DNA of 64,000 nt from Daphnia carinata. Taxonomy: Eukaryota. The stretch spans positions 6,076,001-6,140,000 of the forward strand of contig NC_081333.1 in the NCBI RefSeq assembly GCF_022539665.2. Direction: 5' to 3'. Positions 11,945 to 24,016 of this stretch are shown piece by piece. The stretch's first letter is position 1, and each line of letters starts with the position of its first letter. The position numbers and the translations under genes were made by a program. Below the pieces are notes generated by a model, which had not been told where the DNA came from, made no database searches, and worked only from the letters and a program-made list of their open reading frames with translations.

Positions 11945-14460
11945 TCAAAATTTTTTACACAAAAATGTACACAGAAACGTGCTATGTTTCCCGTCGTCAC
12001 AACATATCAGTTCTTCGCATTTCGACAAAGTAGGTACAACGAATTCTACGAAACCATCAACTATTTTGATGCAGGTGCGTATTTCCGGAAATACCCTTTT
12101 GAAAAACCTATGTAAAGTCCACATGCGGTATGCAATTGCTTCGCAAGGATATTTTAAACCACCTCGATCTGTAAAATAAGTAAATAACAACACATTATAA
12201 TGACTATGTTAGAAAAAACCTATTTAATTACCAAGATGTTTTATCAGCCGTAGGTATCGGGCGTTGCTTGTTAATTTGTTATAACAATCGATGCAGAAGT
12301 CATTCATTTGTCCAAACTTGAATATAACATATCCAGTTATGTAAACGCATGATAATGCATCTGGAATCAATGGAAGGTGATCTATTTTTAAAAAATTCGG
12401 CACTAAACTACTAAAAACAAAAAAATGTGTGCGCTAACAAACCTGGGGAATAATTAAGAGTTTGCAACAAGTTAAGATTTACTTCGTTTGTTTTCATTAA
12501 GATTTTCTTTGCCCGACATTTTGTGCACTTTGATTTTCTTGCGTTCATAATTGGTGAGTCTGTTTGCCTAAGAACCACCTCGGTTACCAGAGGAGTGTTG
12601 CACTGCATTGATGTCATTGCCAATTGAGTTCGGCTTATTCGTTCAATTGCGCTCAAGCAATGGCCAACTGCGGGATGTAGTTACGGATTGCGCCGTGAAA
12701 ACGTTTGATGTTGTCAGTGGAAAAACGTCTTGTGAGGACGAATTTGAAGCCACTGCCGAGAAGATGTCTAATGCAATTGGCCGTCGAACGAGAAGTTAAT
12801 ATTATTGCATCCAAAGTTTCTTGTGTAAAACACTCTAATGCATTTTTCTTGTTTTTATTCCAGAGTAGCAGTTTCTGAGGGATTTCTTCTTCAAGTTCAA
12901 ACAATCTTTCATCGCTCGTATCAGAAAACGGCTTTTTCATATCCAGCCTCTGTTGGTAGTATTGAGTAAGGTTACGCACGTCATGGAAATTGTACCACTT
13001 CCAGAAATATTCCAAGAAAGTCGTCAGCGGTTCAACATCTTCAAATCCTAAAACGAATAAATCATGCATGCTTCTTAAAGCAGCTACAACCTTCGGCTTG
13101 AAAATATCTCTTGCGTTCGATACTTTCATTTTTTCAAAATTAGTTGGGTCAATATGTTTTCTCGTTAAAAAACGACAGAGAGGTAATCCATCATTGATTG
13201 ATTTTGCAAAAAGCAATTTAATTAAGGAAAAATCAACTCTTCTACCGTTCCAGATTAAGGTACGATCAATTAATTGGTTTCTAATATTTTTTATGATGTG
13301 GGTATAGGCGTAGGAAACAAACAATATTCTTGATGGATTACAAGGATGAGTTACTCGGCAGTCTTCTTTATCACTTGGTTGACGAAGTAATTTGAACAGC
13401 TTCACGTTCACTTTTGCATTGTCACCGACAATACGTTCGACTATGAATCCGATTTCTTCTAGTTTTGTTATTATATGAATGGTGAGAAAGTAGAGCTGTC
13501 TCCCAGTAAGTTTAGCGACAGGCCAACATCCAACTATACAAGAAAATTTTGTAGCGAGACCAGTAATAACAAAATTGATAATACTATTGGCAAGAACAGG
13601 TGGCCCACCAGCATTAACTGTTTGCTCATCTTCCATAAATGCAGCAAGTTTGGAAATTTTCCCACCATCATAGTCTATTCCTAGACCAACTGTTTCTTCT
13701 TCGCCTTGAACTTCACTTTCATTTTTGTCTTCTTCCAAGCCTTCATGAAATATGTCATTCAAATTGCGCTTCATTCTAACTTCTCCGAAATCTACTTCTC
13801 CAACGAATTTCTGCCGTGATTGTATCCACAGCAAAAGCGACTTGCACGCCATTTCGTCTATTTCCAGGCTGACTCTTTTTTCGTATTCTTCTTTCAGGGT
13901 ACTAAAAATCATTTGTAACCGGGCAAAATTTACATTTGTTACTCCAACTTGTCCGTTAGTGGATCCTGTATAACTTATTATGGTATTTCTTGACGGAACT
14001 GTCAGCAAGTCATGTTCTCGAATGAAGTTATATAACGTTGGACTTCGTCCTTGAATAGCGATGGAATATTTCAAAGTCCACTGGCAATATCTTCTTTGAC
14101 GTTCAATAACTAAAATAAAAATCTCATTATGAATTAGATAAAAACTGTGGATAATAAACATGGAATAACCTATACCTGACATAACAGAAATGATGCTTTG
14201 GAATTGTTTTCGCATTGCTTGTCAAGCTCTGCTTCAAAAACATCCATCAAAGCTTGGATAGCCACTGACATACGCCCCTCAGATTTGAACAGATTTAAGG
14301 CTTTCTCTCCTAGAAATCCTTTCATTGTTTTCAATTTATTTTCCAGATAACATATCTTGTGGCGTAATTTTCTCACTATCATATGTTGATTTTTTAATGG
14401 GTCCTCGGGTAATTCTTTTCGTCTTCGAATGTTAGACTGGTTTTTTCGCTTATTTGCTAA
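11945..14460 (-). pseudogene. P-element/THAP9-like transposase: coiled-coil, catalytic core and C-terminal exons
   Basis: ORF 12653-14215 has SLEIDEM, IVGDNAKVN, YAYTHIIKNIRNQL (D-x2-H motif altered), FEKMKV and TRRFSTDNIKRFHGAIR (catalytic E replaced by K). C-terminal DRGGLKYP. Frameshifts present. Confidence 0.9.
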
Positions 14461-14829
14461 TAAAAAAGAGCGTATATAAGTTTTAAATTTGCATAACATA
14501 AAAGATTTAACAATATAAATTTCGATATTTACCGAGCAAGTCGAAGGAAGAAGGAATCATACTAAGATTGTCAGAGACCAGCTCTTTTTTATGAGGTGTT
14601 GATTGTTGAAGCAACAAACACAAGAGGTTGCACAAACTCACTCGAGTTGCGGAACCCCTCAGGTTTCCGTTTAACCTTAACCTGTACCTTAGTTCTCGTG
14701 TGACATCTCTAACATACAGTTTCTCTCTCTTGGTTGTGATCTCATTGTTAAAGGTTGTACCTTCCGAAATACAACCTTCTGTTGAATCATCTATATATTA
14801 TCCTTGTCTACTTTATTTACACTGTAACA

Positions 14830-14843
14830 GGTTATGGGCCCAG
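14830..14843 (+). promoter_or_regulatory. Primer-binding site of the copia type (internal initiator tRNA-Met fragment priming)
   Basis: GGTTATGGGCCCAG immediately after the LTR end; this is the Drosophila copia-type PBS. Confidence 0.85.
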
Positions 14844-14911
14844 ATTTCTCAGTGCGTATACTAATAAACTTACATACTACATTTTTTTTCTCTCCTCTTC
14901 TTCTGTAACAG

Positions 14912-17199
14912 ATGGCTAATCCTACCTCTAAGGATGTCGGCCACATAGCCAAGTTTGATGGTACAAACATTCCTTCTTGGAAACACGGAGTGTTGATGCT
15001 ACTGGAAAGGCACAAACTAATCGCCATCGTGGATGGAACTGAAGCTAAGCCTGTTGAGGTAACTAAGTTTTCTAATCAGACAATGAATCGTACCAAGTGT
15101 ACTAACCATGCATGTGTGAGCATGTGTGCTGCGAGTTACTGTTGTGTGTGACTCAGAGACCAAGGACAAGTCACCACAACATTGAGTACGCTGTAGTTGT
15201 GATGCATGTGATACGGGTCATCGCTGCTTGCGACCCAGGTCACAGAGATAATATCTGATATAATATCTGATTAGAATATCGCATGACAAAACTGTGAACT
15301 GAAACCAGTATCCGTGTTCCACACATTTGGTGTGAGATATAGTATTGAGCAATACTTGTCAAAGCAGAGGAACCTAGTAAAAGAATGTATTTCCTGCTTC
15401 CTAGATTCTAAAAGATGCTGATGTAATTACGGACCAAGAGAAAATCACGAATTGGTTGGAGAAGGATGTGGATGCAAGGACCTATTTGTACTCCACCATA
15501 AAGTTTGAGCAGCAGGCGTCGTTGCATGGCTGTATGATTGCACATGGCATGTGGATCAAAATCCAAACCGAGTACGCAGAGACTGCTGCCGACAACGAGC
15601 ACCTACTGATGGCAAAATTTTTTGATTTAAAATTTCAGCCAGGTCAAAGCATGATGTCCCTTATAGTCTCGGTCGAGCAAATCGCTGCACAGCTTAAAGA
15701 CCTACAATCCCAAATAAGTGAACTACAAATGATGTCAAAAATCATCATGGCATTACCGTCCAACTATAGACACTTTGTTTCAGCCTGGGACAGTGTCCCC
15801 GGAGCTGATAAGAACATAACGTTGCTCACTTCAAGACTGATTAAAGAAGAAAAAATGAATAGATTCTGAAGTCTCCCGGAAACAACTTCTAACGAATCAG
15901 CCCTTGTATCATCAAGAGTCTTCACAAAACAGAGTTTCAGAGGCCACAGGGCCGGTCGGTTCAGAGGAAGGGGCAGAGGTCTCCACCACGGTGGACGGAA
16001 TAAATCCTGGACCATCTGCTACTATTGTGGGTTTCCTGTTCACGTTGCAGTGAATTGCAGAGTGCGAGCGAGAGATGAGAAGAAGAGTAATGTGGAAGAT
16101 GAACAGGGGGATTCGTTGAATGGATCAACAGTAGAGAAAAAAGACTTTGGTTACGTGTCACACGTAAAATTTTCTGACAGCAGACACTTTGATTGGTTCG
16201 CTGACTCGGGGGCAACAAAGCCTATGACCGATCAGCCTAACATTCTTCGAAACTTCAAAAGTGCTGAAGCAGGATCATGGTCCGTCTCTGGAATTGGTGG
16301 CACTCAACTCTTGGTCCTTGGTCATGGGGATGTACACGTCACGTCCTTTGTCAATGGAGAATCTCTACAAGGAGTTCTTAAAGGAGTCTTATACGTACCT
16401 GGGTTGGGTACAAATCTCTTCACTATAGGTGCCGCAGACTTGGGTTGTGAAGCTCACTTCATTGGTAAAACAGTGTCCTTCACTAGAGACGGAAAAATTG
16501 AAGTACAAGGACAAAGAGTTGGAGATACCCTCTATCACCTGGATCTGCTAGCGGAAGACATTAAGGCAGAAATAGCCGCAGCAGCCAATAGCACCACCCT
16601 GCCCATTGAAGTCTGGCATCAGAGACTCGCCCACCTCAACCATCGAGCCATCAGACGGATGAACAACCTAGGCTGCGTGACGGGTCTGAACCTTGCTGAA
16701 CGCAAAAACGAAACGAATGCCCTGTGTGTAGGGTGCATATTTGGAAAGATGCATCGTCTCCCGTTTAAGGTAGGTCGTCCGTTACGACTGAGATAGGAGA
16801 AATTGTCCACTCTGATGTATGTGGACCGATGGAAAATCCCCTCTGTTGGCGGTGCCAAATACTTTGTCGTTTTTTGGGATGACTCCAGCGGGCGGAGCAC
16901 AACGCAACTTATGAAGCAAAAATCTCAAGTAACCGAACTATTGAAGGCTTTTGTGATCAAACTTCGGATGGAAACAGGAAAAACAGTAAAGACAATTCGA
17001 AGTGATAATGGAGGTGAATTTTTCAACATTGTGTTACATAGATAGCTGGCCGGAAAAGGGATTCGTCACGAAAGTAGTCCTACACCCCCGAACAGAACGG
17101 GGTTGCTGAAAGAACCAATCGTACGCTGATGGAGGCAGTAAGAAGTCTAATTCACAGCCAAGGTACAGTTTCTGATCTCTGGGGTGAAGCACTGATGTA
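14912..17199 (+). pseudogene. Copia gag-protease-integrase; gag split by an apparent intron at 15059-15404
   Basis: MANPTSKDVGHIAKFDGTNIPSWK...PVE / ILKDAD...; ALPSNYRHFVSAW; CYYCGFPVHVAVNC knuckle; WFADSGAT protease; WHQRLAHLN..CVGC; IRSDNGGEF; TPEQNGVAERTNRTLME. Premature stops at 15867, 16794 and 17043, plus frameshifts. Confidence 0.9.
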
Positions 17200-17610
17200 C
17201 AGTACCCTTCAAAAGTGTCCGAACACTAGGGGTTTTTGGGGCCATTTAACATGGCGTCTTACGGCGGAAGGAGACTTGCGCAAATGCAAAAAGAGGACAG
17301 AAAAAATTTAGATAAAAAAATAAAAAAATGTCCAGGTGTTAATCAAATAATCCCCTATCTAATAAATTTTTTTAAATTTTCTATCTATCAGATTTATTGA
17401 CTAGCATGATAGTCATGTATTAACCGAACACCACGGTTAGCGTACGGGATACCTAATGACACTACCTCATTTTTTAGAATTTTTTTTTTCATACACGGAG
17501 CTGTTTCCTAGACCTCGCAATTACGTTAATCAATAGAGTATTCATTAAACTATATCCCTTTCTAGTACTATCACTTAATATTAATTATTTTAGGAAAGGG
17601 AATTTTTTAA
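17200..17610 (+). mobile_element. Truncated Tc1/mariner-like element (left end only) inside the Copia integrase
   Basis: TA|CAGTACCCTTCAAAAGTGTCCGAACAC is a Tc1-like terminus that interrupts ...GEALMY. Copia resumes in RT at ~17611, so the right end and the IN-RT linker are deleted. Confidence 0.6.
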
Positions 17611-17899
17611 AGTGAAGAGATATACATGGACCAGCCGGAGGGATTCGTTGTTCCTGGGCGGGAAAGTGAGGTGTGCCGACTAAAGAAGTCTATCTACGGT
17701 CTCAAACAAGCTCCACGTTGCTGGAACAACAGGTTCAACGTCTTTCTTCTAGAGTATGGACTCATCCGCTCCGAAAATGATCCCTGTGTCTACTACTGTC
17801 GTCAAGGGGAGGAAGTTCTTATCGTTGCGATCTTCGTTGACGACGGATTACTGTGTAGCAATAAGAAACAGACCATCGACAAAGTATGCAGCTTCCTGA
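17611..17899 (+). pseudogene. Copia reverse transcriptase fragment
   Basis: EEIYMDQPEGF...VCRLKKSIYGLKQAPRCWN...DPCVY...AIFVDD. Confidence 0.93.
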
Positions 17900-18119
17900 C
17901 TCAATCCGACTCACCTACCCCTACGTTCAATTTAGCCCGACACAACTACCCCTCCGTTTCTAATAATCCGACTCACCTACCCCTACGGTCAATTTAGTCC
18001 GACACACCTACCCATTTGTTACAGACTTTTTTATTGGTGTATTTAGACTGGCTTAACTGTACCTCTGATAAAAAGCACCCGTTTTTAATCATCTTTCGTT
18101 CTGTAAGGAGATACCGTAA

Positions 18120-19665
18120 TGAAACAACATGATATTATTTCCATTTGAGATATCGTACTGTTTGTATTATTCGATCAACTTTAACAATATTATGATGCTA
18201 TGAAGGGGGTTACAAAGACAGACTGGAAAGTATTCGATGATTCGTCGGACATAATATAACCGACATGCGTACGACCATCTTTCTTGGTATTATTCCATGT
18301 GGCAACCCACAAATATGTATCAAATCAATACGTAATCCATGGAACGAGCTTACGCCGTACCATACTTGTCGCGCCGATCAATTTTCCGATCGCGATCTCC
18401 GATCCGATCTTTTGAGTTTGATCGGATCGGGCGATCCGATCAAACTGCGAAAGATCGGATCGGCGATCAAATTTTGCCGATCATTTTTAGCGATCATTTT
18501 TGTGCAGCATCTAACGGTAAAAATTTACACTGTTTCGCGAAAATAGCATTGGCTGTCACAGCGACAGTCACTGGCGGCCATTGAGGGTGAACACTAAACA
18601 GTTTCCTTCAATTGGCATTCGCATAAATAGCAGTGAAATAGAACCCTGCGGCTGAAAATCTACAGCTAGATGGCGAAAAGTTTGATCGCTAAAAACGATC
18701 GGATCGCGATCAATTTTTTGGGATCGCCGATCCGATCTCCGATCTTTTTCAAAAGATCGGATCGGCGATCAATTTTTTGATCGGAGATCGGATCGGCGAT
18801 CAATTTTTGATCGCGATCGCGGCAAGTCTGCGCCGTACCAACCGGTTGGGATACACCTCCACCGCCAAATGATCGCTCTAAACACTTGTCAGTTGCTTTA
18901 TGAATGACCTTCCCGAAAAATCTGTCTGGTGCACAGGAAAAGTTCTCAGACCAAACGTTCTTCAAGCACCAAGTAAAATCATTGCATTTAAACCTATCAC
19001 GCAATGGCATAGCGACCCTATGGCTGGGCATCACGAAGACGGTTGGCTTCAGGGTTCATTTTGAAAAAGAATTCTTTCCATTCGTCCATCCATACTAGCG
19101 CAGCTCGAGCAAGATTTGAATAGAGGATTTGGATTGACCCCACCTGGAAAGGTGTAAGGACTCGATTTCTGGAATACGTGAGCGACATGGCTACATGGGG
19201 ACGTTTCTACTCGACCACTAAACTGCCAAATTCATGAAGACATTTCAATGTTCTCACCACCCCAAATATCCATCTGGTCGTCGTATGTTCCAATCTTTTC
19301 AAAAATAATCTCTGCCAATTGCAAATAATCCGCCTGTCATCACTTGAGACCTGAAAGGAATGGTCCTGTTCCCACCTCGACATTAAGGCTTCCGATGCAT
19401 CAAACCATCGAAAGTGCAGATTGCATGACATACCTTCGTGATGAAGTTAGAAACTTCGTAATAGGGGAACGCGGCCATCGCTAATAATGTCAATTATTGG
19501 ACGTACGGCTGAGTTTGGGTTCATTTTTATACGCTATAGAAGTTGCTCAAGCCACTCAACAGTAGTTGCGCAGTGAGCATCTAGAAACTTTAGCACATCG
19601 CCAGTGGCCCTGCGAGCTCCCATGAGTCTAGCTTGTATCAGGCCAATTCTCTTGCCATAAATTCT
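18120..19665 (-). pseudogene. Polypeptide N-acetylgalactosaminyltransferase (pgant/GALNT) fragment: catalytic and ricin-lectin parts
   Basis: [28 protein letters not shown] (DxH motif), [90 protein letters not shown]. Many stops and frameshifts; left boundary approximate. Confidence 0.92.
18361..18830. mobile_element. 470-bp hAT-like MITE with GATC-rich palindromic subterminal arrays
   Basis: Perfect 8-bp TSD CGCCGTAC (18353-18360, 18831-18838). TIRs CA(T/G)ACTTG(T/C)CGCG. Confidence 0.92.
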
Positions 19666-21664
19666 GGGGGAAATAGAAAATAGTAAGAATCAAGCAAAGT
19701 TAATTGGAATCGCTAATTTAAATCAAAATTTTATTGGAATCAAAATTGATTCGGTGGATCACTGCCCAGCACCCATCAAACGCCACGCGGAACTCATTAA
19801 ATTTTCGTCCTTACCATGTAGTTCTTTCCTTTGTCCGCGAGAGACACTACGATATGTTGTTTTACACTCAAACGGATGGAACGTGCTACGCACAATGATT
19901 TCGATTCGGCAATAATAGGGTACAGGATTCCGCAAATAAATGGGGTAAAAGCAACGTTGTGTGTTTAATAATCGATCAAATCGAAAAAAAACTATGCAGA
20001 ACACTTAAGAACACATAAGCATTCGACATCGTACAGTCTAGGAACTTTGTAAGCGGATTCGGTTGAAGAGAAGGCTACTAGGTAGCAAACTGGAATACGA
20101 TACTCTTCGACAAACCAACCTATGGATCAACCCCCGGGGTGGGGTACTGGGTACGTTGAATTGAAGTGCCGAAGTTTTTCCTTGGGGATCATGGAAATAG
20201 GGTTGGGCGGAGTGTAGTCAAGGAGAACTCTGGATGGTCGAGAATTTTCTAATTTTATCAATGCAACGACGACCCATGGGTTGCAACAGTACTCATTTCA
20301 TGGTTGATCATTCATTATTGATTTTTCAATATAATTCGTCGTTCAGATAATACCAAGAGGAAAGGCGTAATGCAAACCGGCTTTAGAGATGGAAGATATT
20401 TCGACAACAGATTCAGAAAGGAATAAAAGAAGTCTTGCCAGGAAAGGGAAACAAACATTCGACAGGAGGAGTCCCCACCACCTCCTCCACCTTCTTTGTC
20501 TCTTCCGTATCCTGTAGGTTATTACTAAGTTTAATTCACATAATATACAAAACAAAACAATCCTTTCTATCAGTTTTCCCAGTTCCGCTTAGAGTTTTAG
20601 ACTTCAGCTTATTTATGGAAACGGGGTAATATGGTATGTGTAGAAACAGAAAAAATAGGTCATTAATATTTAATGTTTCGAAGAAATGAATTGCAGTTTG
20701 GAGACGGTGGCCAGAATAGAAAGTAGGCAGGGAAAATCTTCATTGAATATTTTGTAATCTACTTCATAGTATTATAAAAATATTAAAGCTAATCAAATAA
20801 TGAAAACCATAGGGTAAGCGGAATCATCTTGTTTCCACATCTTATCTTACGAGCAAAAAGATGATAAAAAATGGATGCTGCTTATCAGAGGTAGATTGAA
20901 GCCAGTCTAAATACATTTTTAAAAAGTCCTGTAACAAAGGAGTAGGTGCGTCGGGCTCTATTAAACGAAGGGGTAGGTAAGTGGATATTTCAAACGAAGG
21001 GGTAGGAGTGTCGAACTGTTTTTACAGAAGGGGTAGGTGTTGCGGAGTGTATTAATCGCATTGGTACGTGTGTAGATCAATTTCCAGTGAAGGAGTACGG
21101 ATGTCGGACTGTATTAATCGAAAGGGTACGTATGTCGGACTGTATTATCAAAGGGGTAGGTGTGTCGGACTGTATTAATTGAAAGGGTAGGTATTTCGGA
21201 CTGTATTAATCAAAGGGGTAGATGTGTCGGACTGTATTAATCAAAAGGGTAGGTATGTCGATCAGTGTTCAGCGAAGGTTTGTCGGTCTCAGTTAAACAA
21301 ATGGGTAGATAAGACGGTTTTTTTAAAATAAATGTTTAAAGGGGTAGCTGTGACGGGAGCGTTTTTAAATTTTTTATTGGGTACATATGTTGGGGTAGCT
21401 TTGACGGGAGATGTTTGTTCCATTTTCTGTAAGGGTAGGTCTGTCGGGATAGGTTTGTCGTTTTTTGGGGTACGTCTGTCGAAACCTCTAGGTACTTATG
21501 ACGGGGGGTACCACTGTCTCTATCCCGTTCTCGTGTGACATCTCTAACACACAGTTTCTCTCTCTTGGTTGTGATCTCATTGTTAAAGGTTGTACCTTCC
21601 GAAATACAACCTTCTGTTGAATCATCTATATATTATTCTTGTCTACTTTATTTAAACTGTAACA

Positions 21665-22465
21665 TTGATTGCCTATTGAAATCTGTATCTGGTTCACAGG
21701 AGGAATCCATTACGAGGTCTATTGCCTAATAATAGCAGTTGAATTAGTATAAAAAAAAGACTGAAAATAATTAAATTATAGAATGTAAGGTTTACCGGGA
21801 ATACTGTAGATTCAAAATTACCACTAACATTCATGAAACAGTTGGCAAGAGATGTTGATGAGCTACTTACATGGAAATCTGGATAAATGTTACCAGAGAC
21901 AAACTGTTTTTCATGAGGTGTTGATTGTCTATAAAAATATGTATCTGGTTCATAGGAGGATTCCACTATGAGGTCTGTTGCCTATTAATAGCAGTTGAAT
22001 CAGTATAAAAGAAGAATGAAAATGTTGAAATTATAGAATGTAAGGCTTACCGGGGGTACTGTAGATTCAAAATTACCACTAACATTCATGGAAGAGTTGG
22101 CAGGAGATGTTGACGGGCCACTTGTATGGAAATCTGGATAAACGTTACCAGACACAAACTGTTTTTTATGAGGTGTTGATTGCCTATAAAAATATGTATC
22201 TGGTTCATAGGAGGATTCCACTATGAGGCCTGTTGCCTATTAATAGCAGTTGAATCAGTATAAAAGAACAAGGAAAATGTTGAAATTATAGAATGTAAGG
22301 CTTACCGGGGATACTGTAGATTCAAAATTACCACTAACATTCATGGAAGAGTTGGCAAGAGATGTTGACGGGCCACTTGTATGGAAATCTGGATAAACGT
22401 TACCAGAGACAAACTGTTTTTTATGAGGTGTTGATCGGCTATTGAAATCTGTAGCTGGTTCACAC
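21665..22465 (-). repeat. Tandem ~255-bp exon+intron units (about 3.2 copies) in the P transposase linker
   Basis: Unit starts at 21665, 21921, 22176 and 22431. Each has a phase-0 exon (e.g. 22236-22051, 186 nt) and a ~69-nt GT-AG intron. Confidence 0.9.
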
Positions 22466-22605
22466 GCAAAGTCTTGATCAAACTGGGAATCCATGGTTTG
22501 TTCTTTCTCCTAAAAACGTAAATATATTGGTTAAAAGATTAGCCGGACATGTCACCACCTAAATTTCAAATACTTACCAAACATGTTGAAGGAAAAATAC
22601 TACTA

Positions 22606-23570
22606 GGGGAGACCGGGGCTACTCGGGACACGGGTTACTTGGGACAAGCTACGTTTTACAAAAACGCTTTATTATAAAATTATAAAATTTACACATCATG
22701 TTTGTTAACTACATGCGCATTTGGGTATGAGTTTTTGTGGTAGAGGTTGCATCCGTTGTTGAGATACGGCCATAAGAAATTTTTAAGGGTTAGTAAAATT
22801 ATGTTGGGCACTAATAAAATATTTATCTACGGCTACGTCATTTGGTGTATAATTTTGCAAAAAATATAATGAAATCCACTGTTCATTTTCACACATTTCT
22901 TTGGTTTCAAAAAAAAATTCTGAAGCGATTTGCTGAAAATCACACATTTTCAAAGACACCACCCATGGGGCAGGTTGGGACAACAAATTCTGGGGTAAAA
23001 TGGGACGGTATAAAGCTATTCCGCGGCCGGATATGTAAATTCCTTTCTTGTCACTATGTTAATTTTGTCCAAACAATATTAGAACTCAGCTGTGATTTTA
23101 TATTTTGTATTTTCATCATTCATATTTCAGTATTTAAAAGTTTTTTTAATGCTGACTTTTTGTCATTTCATCTTGTCAATTTTCTAATCTACAGCAATTT
23201 TACAAAATTCTCGCCGATTGATTTAGCAAACCATGCCAAACTATATACTATCTGGTTGGTAGAAAGATAACGTACTTGAAAACATTTTTTACAAAATTGT
23301 AGGACCAACCAGTAGCCCGATATTAGCTCTGTCCTGAGTTACCCCATGTCCGTCCCAAGTTACCCCGGCCATCGAGTGAGTCAACGGATTTTAAGTAAAT
23401 TTCAGTATTTTTTTTTAACCACTAAAAATGAAAATATTTTCCTTTAAAAAATACTGTGTATAGATAAAGATAGTGCGGATTTAATGGAAAAGAAAAGTTA
23501 TGTTCATCTTTCACTAGTCGAGAGTTATTTGACAAAAAAGAAACGCGTCCCGATTAGTCCCGGTCTCCCC
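22606..23570. mobile_element. 965-bp non-autonomous TIR element with TA TSD (probably Tc1/mariner-pogo superfamily)
   Basis: TA|GGGGAGACCGGGGCTACTCGGGAC ... GTCCCGATTAGTCCCGGTCTCCCC|TA. Removing it restores the in-frame P-transposase exon ...KSTFSSIFPSTCL. Confidence 0.9.
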
Positions 23571-23717
23571 TAAAGGTAGACTTTGTTCCTGGAAATTCTG
23601 ACCGATCATAGGAATTGGAAATCAATGAACCCATTGCCTGGTCATTTGCCTGAAACGGAAAAATGTTTTTGTTACACAATTAGCACTGTACATAAGATTA
23701 TTACATGTCGAGGTAAC

Positions 23718-24016
23718 CTCATCAAGAGTAGCAGTGGATGGCCATGACCGGAACAGACTTGGTACAGCGTTTTTCAGCAATTTGTTTGTTTTTTTTCATT
23801 AAAGCAGTTAGGTTCAAAGTGCAAACTGCAAATGCGGAGATTTTTGTGTAATTTAAAATACTTGCAAAAACCTGTTATCGCACTGCTCGATGTGAAATGA
23901 CGAAGCCATAGTTCAATTACATTTTCGTCTCTTGGCCAACGAAAGAAACGAAGATCACTTTCTTTATTTGCCTAACTTGAACTAGAACAAAATAAAACGC
24001 AACACTTCACTCTCAT
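23718..24016 (-). pseudogene. THAP zinc-finger exon (N-terminus of the P-element transposase)
   Basis: MRVKCCVLFCSSSS*..FFRWPRDENVIELW...RICSLHFEPNCF...KNAVPSLF: C2CH residues, W and AVP box, with one stop and one frameshift. Confidence 0.9.

Larger units (their letters stand above)
17900..21512. mobile_element. Non-autonomous long-TIR (foldback-like) element with tandem subterminal repeats, carrying captured gene sequence; outer left end deleted
   Basis: 17900-18110 is an inverted copy of ~20845-21020. The right arm carries ~30-bp GGGGTAGGTGTGTCGGACTG-type tandem units and ends GACGGGGGGTACC. Superfamily uncertain (GG terminus fits Merlin or MULE); TSD unreadable. Confidence 0.8.
14604..21664 (+). 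mobile_element. Ty1/Copia LTR retrotransposon (degenerate) inserted in the P-element transposase gene
   Basis: 5' LTR TGTTG...TAACA at 14604-14829; partial 3' LTR ~21527-21664; 5-bp TSD TTGAT (14599-14603, 21665-21669); PBS GGTTATGGGCCCAG; domain order gag-PR-IN-RT. Confidence 0.95.

Noticed and set aside
18265..19034. ORFs rich in DRIGD/RSD repeats as novel proteins
   Set aside because: Translation artefacts of the GATC-rich MITE fused to the pgant pseudogene.
20930..21310. Array of ~30-bp repeats as a possible CRISPR array
   Set aside because: Degenerate head-to-tail tandem units without unique spacers, mirrored in inverted form at 17900-18020. These are subterminal repeats of a eukaryotic TIR element.
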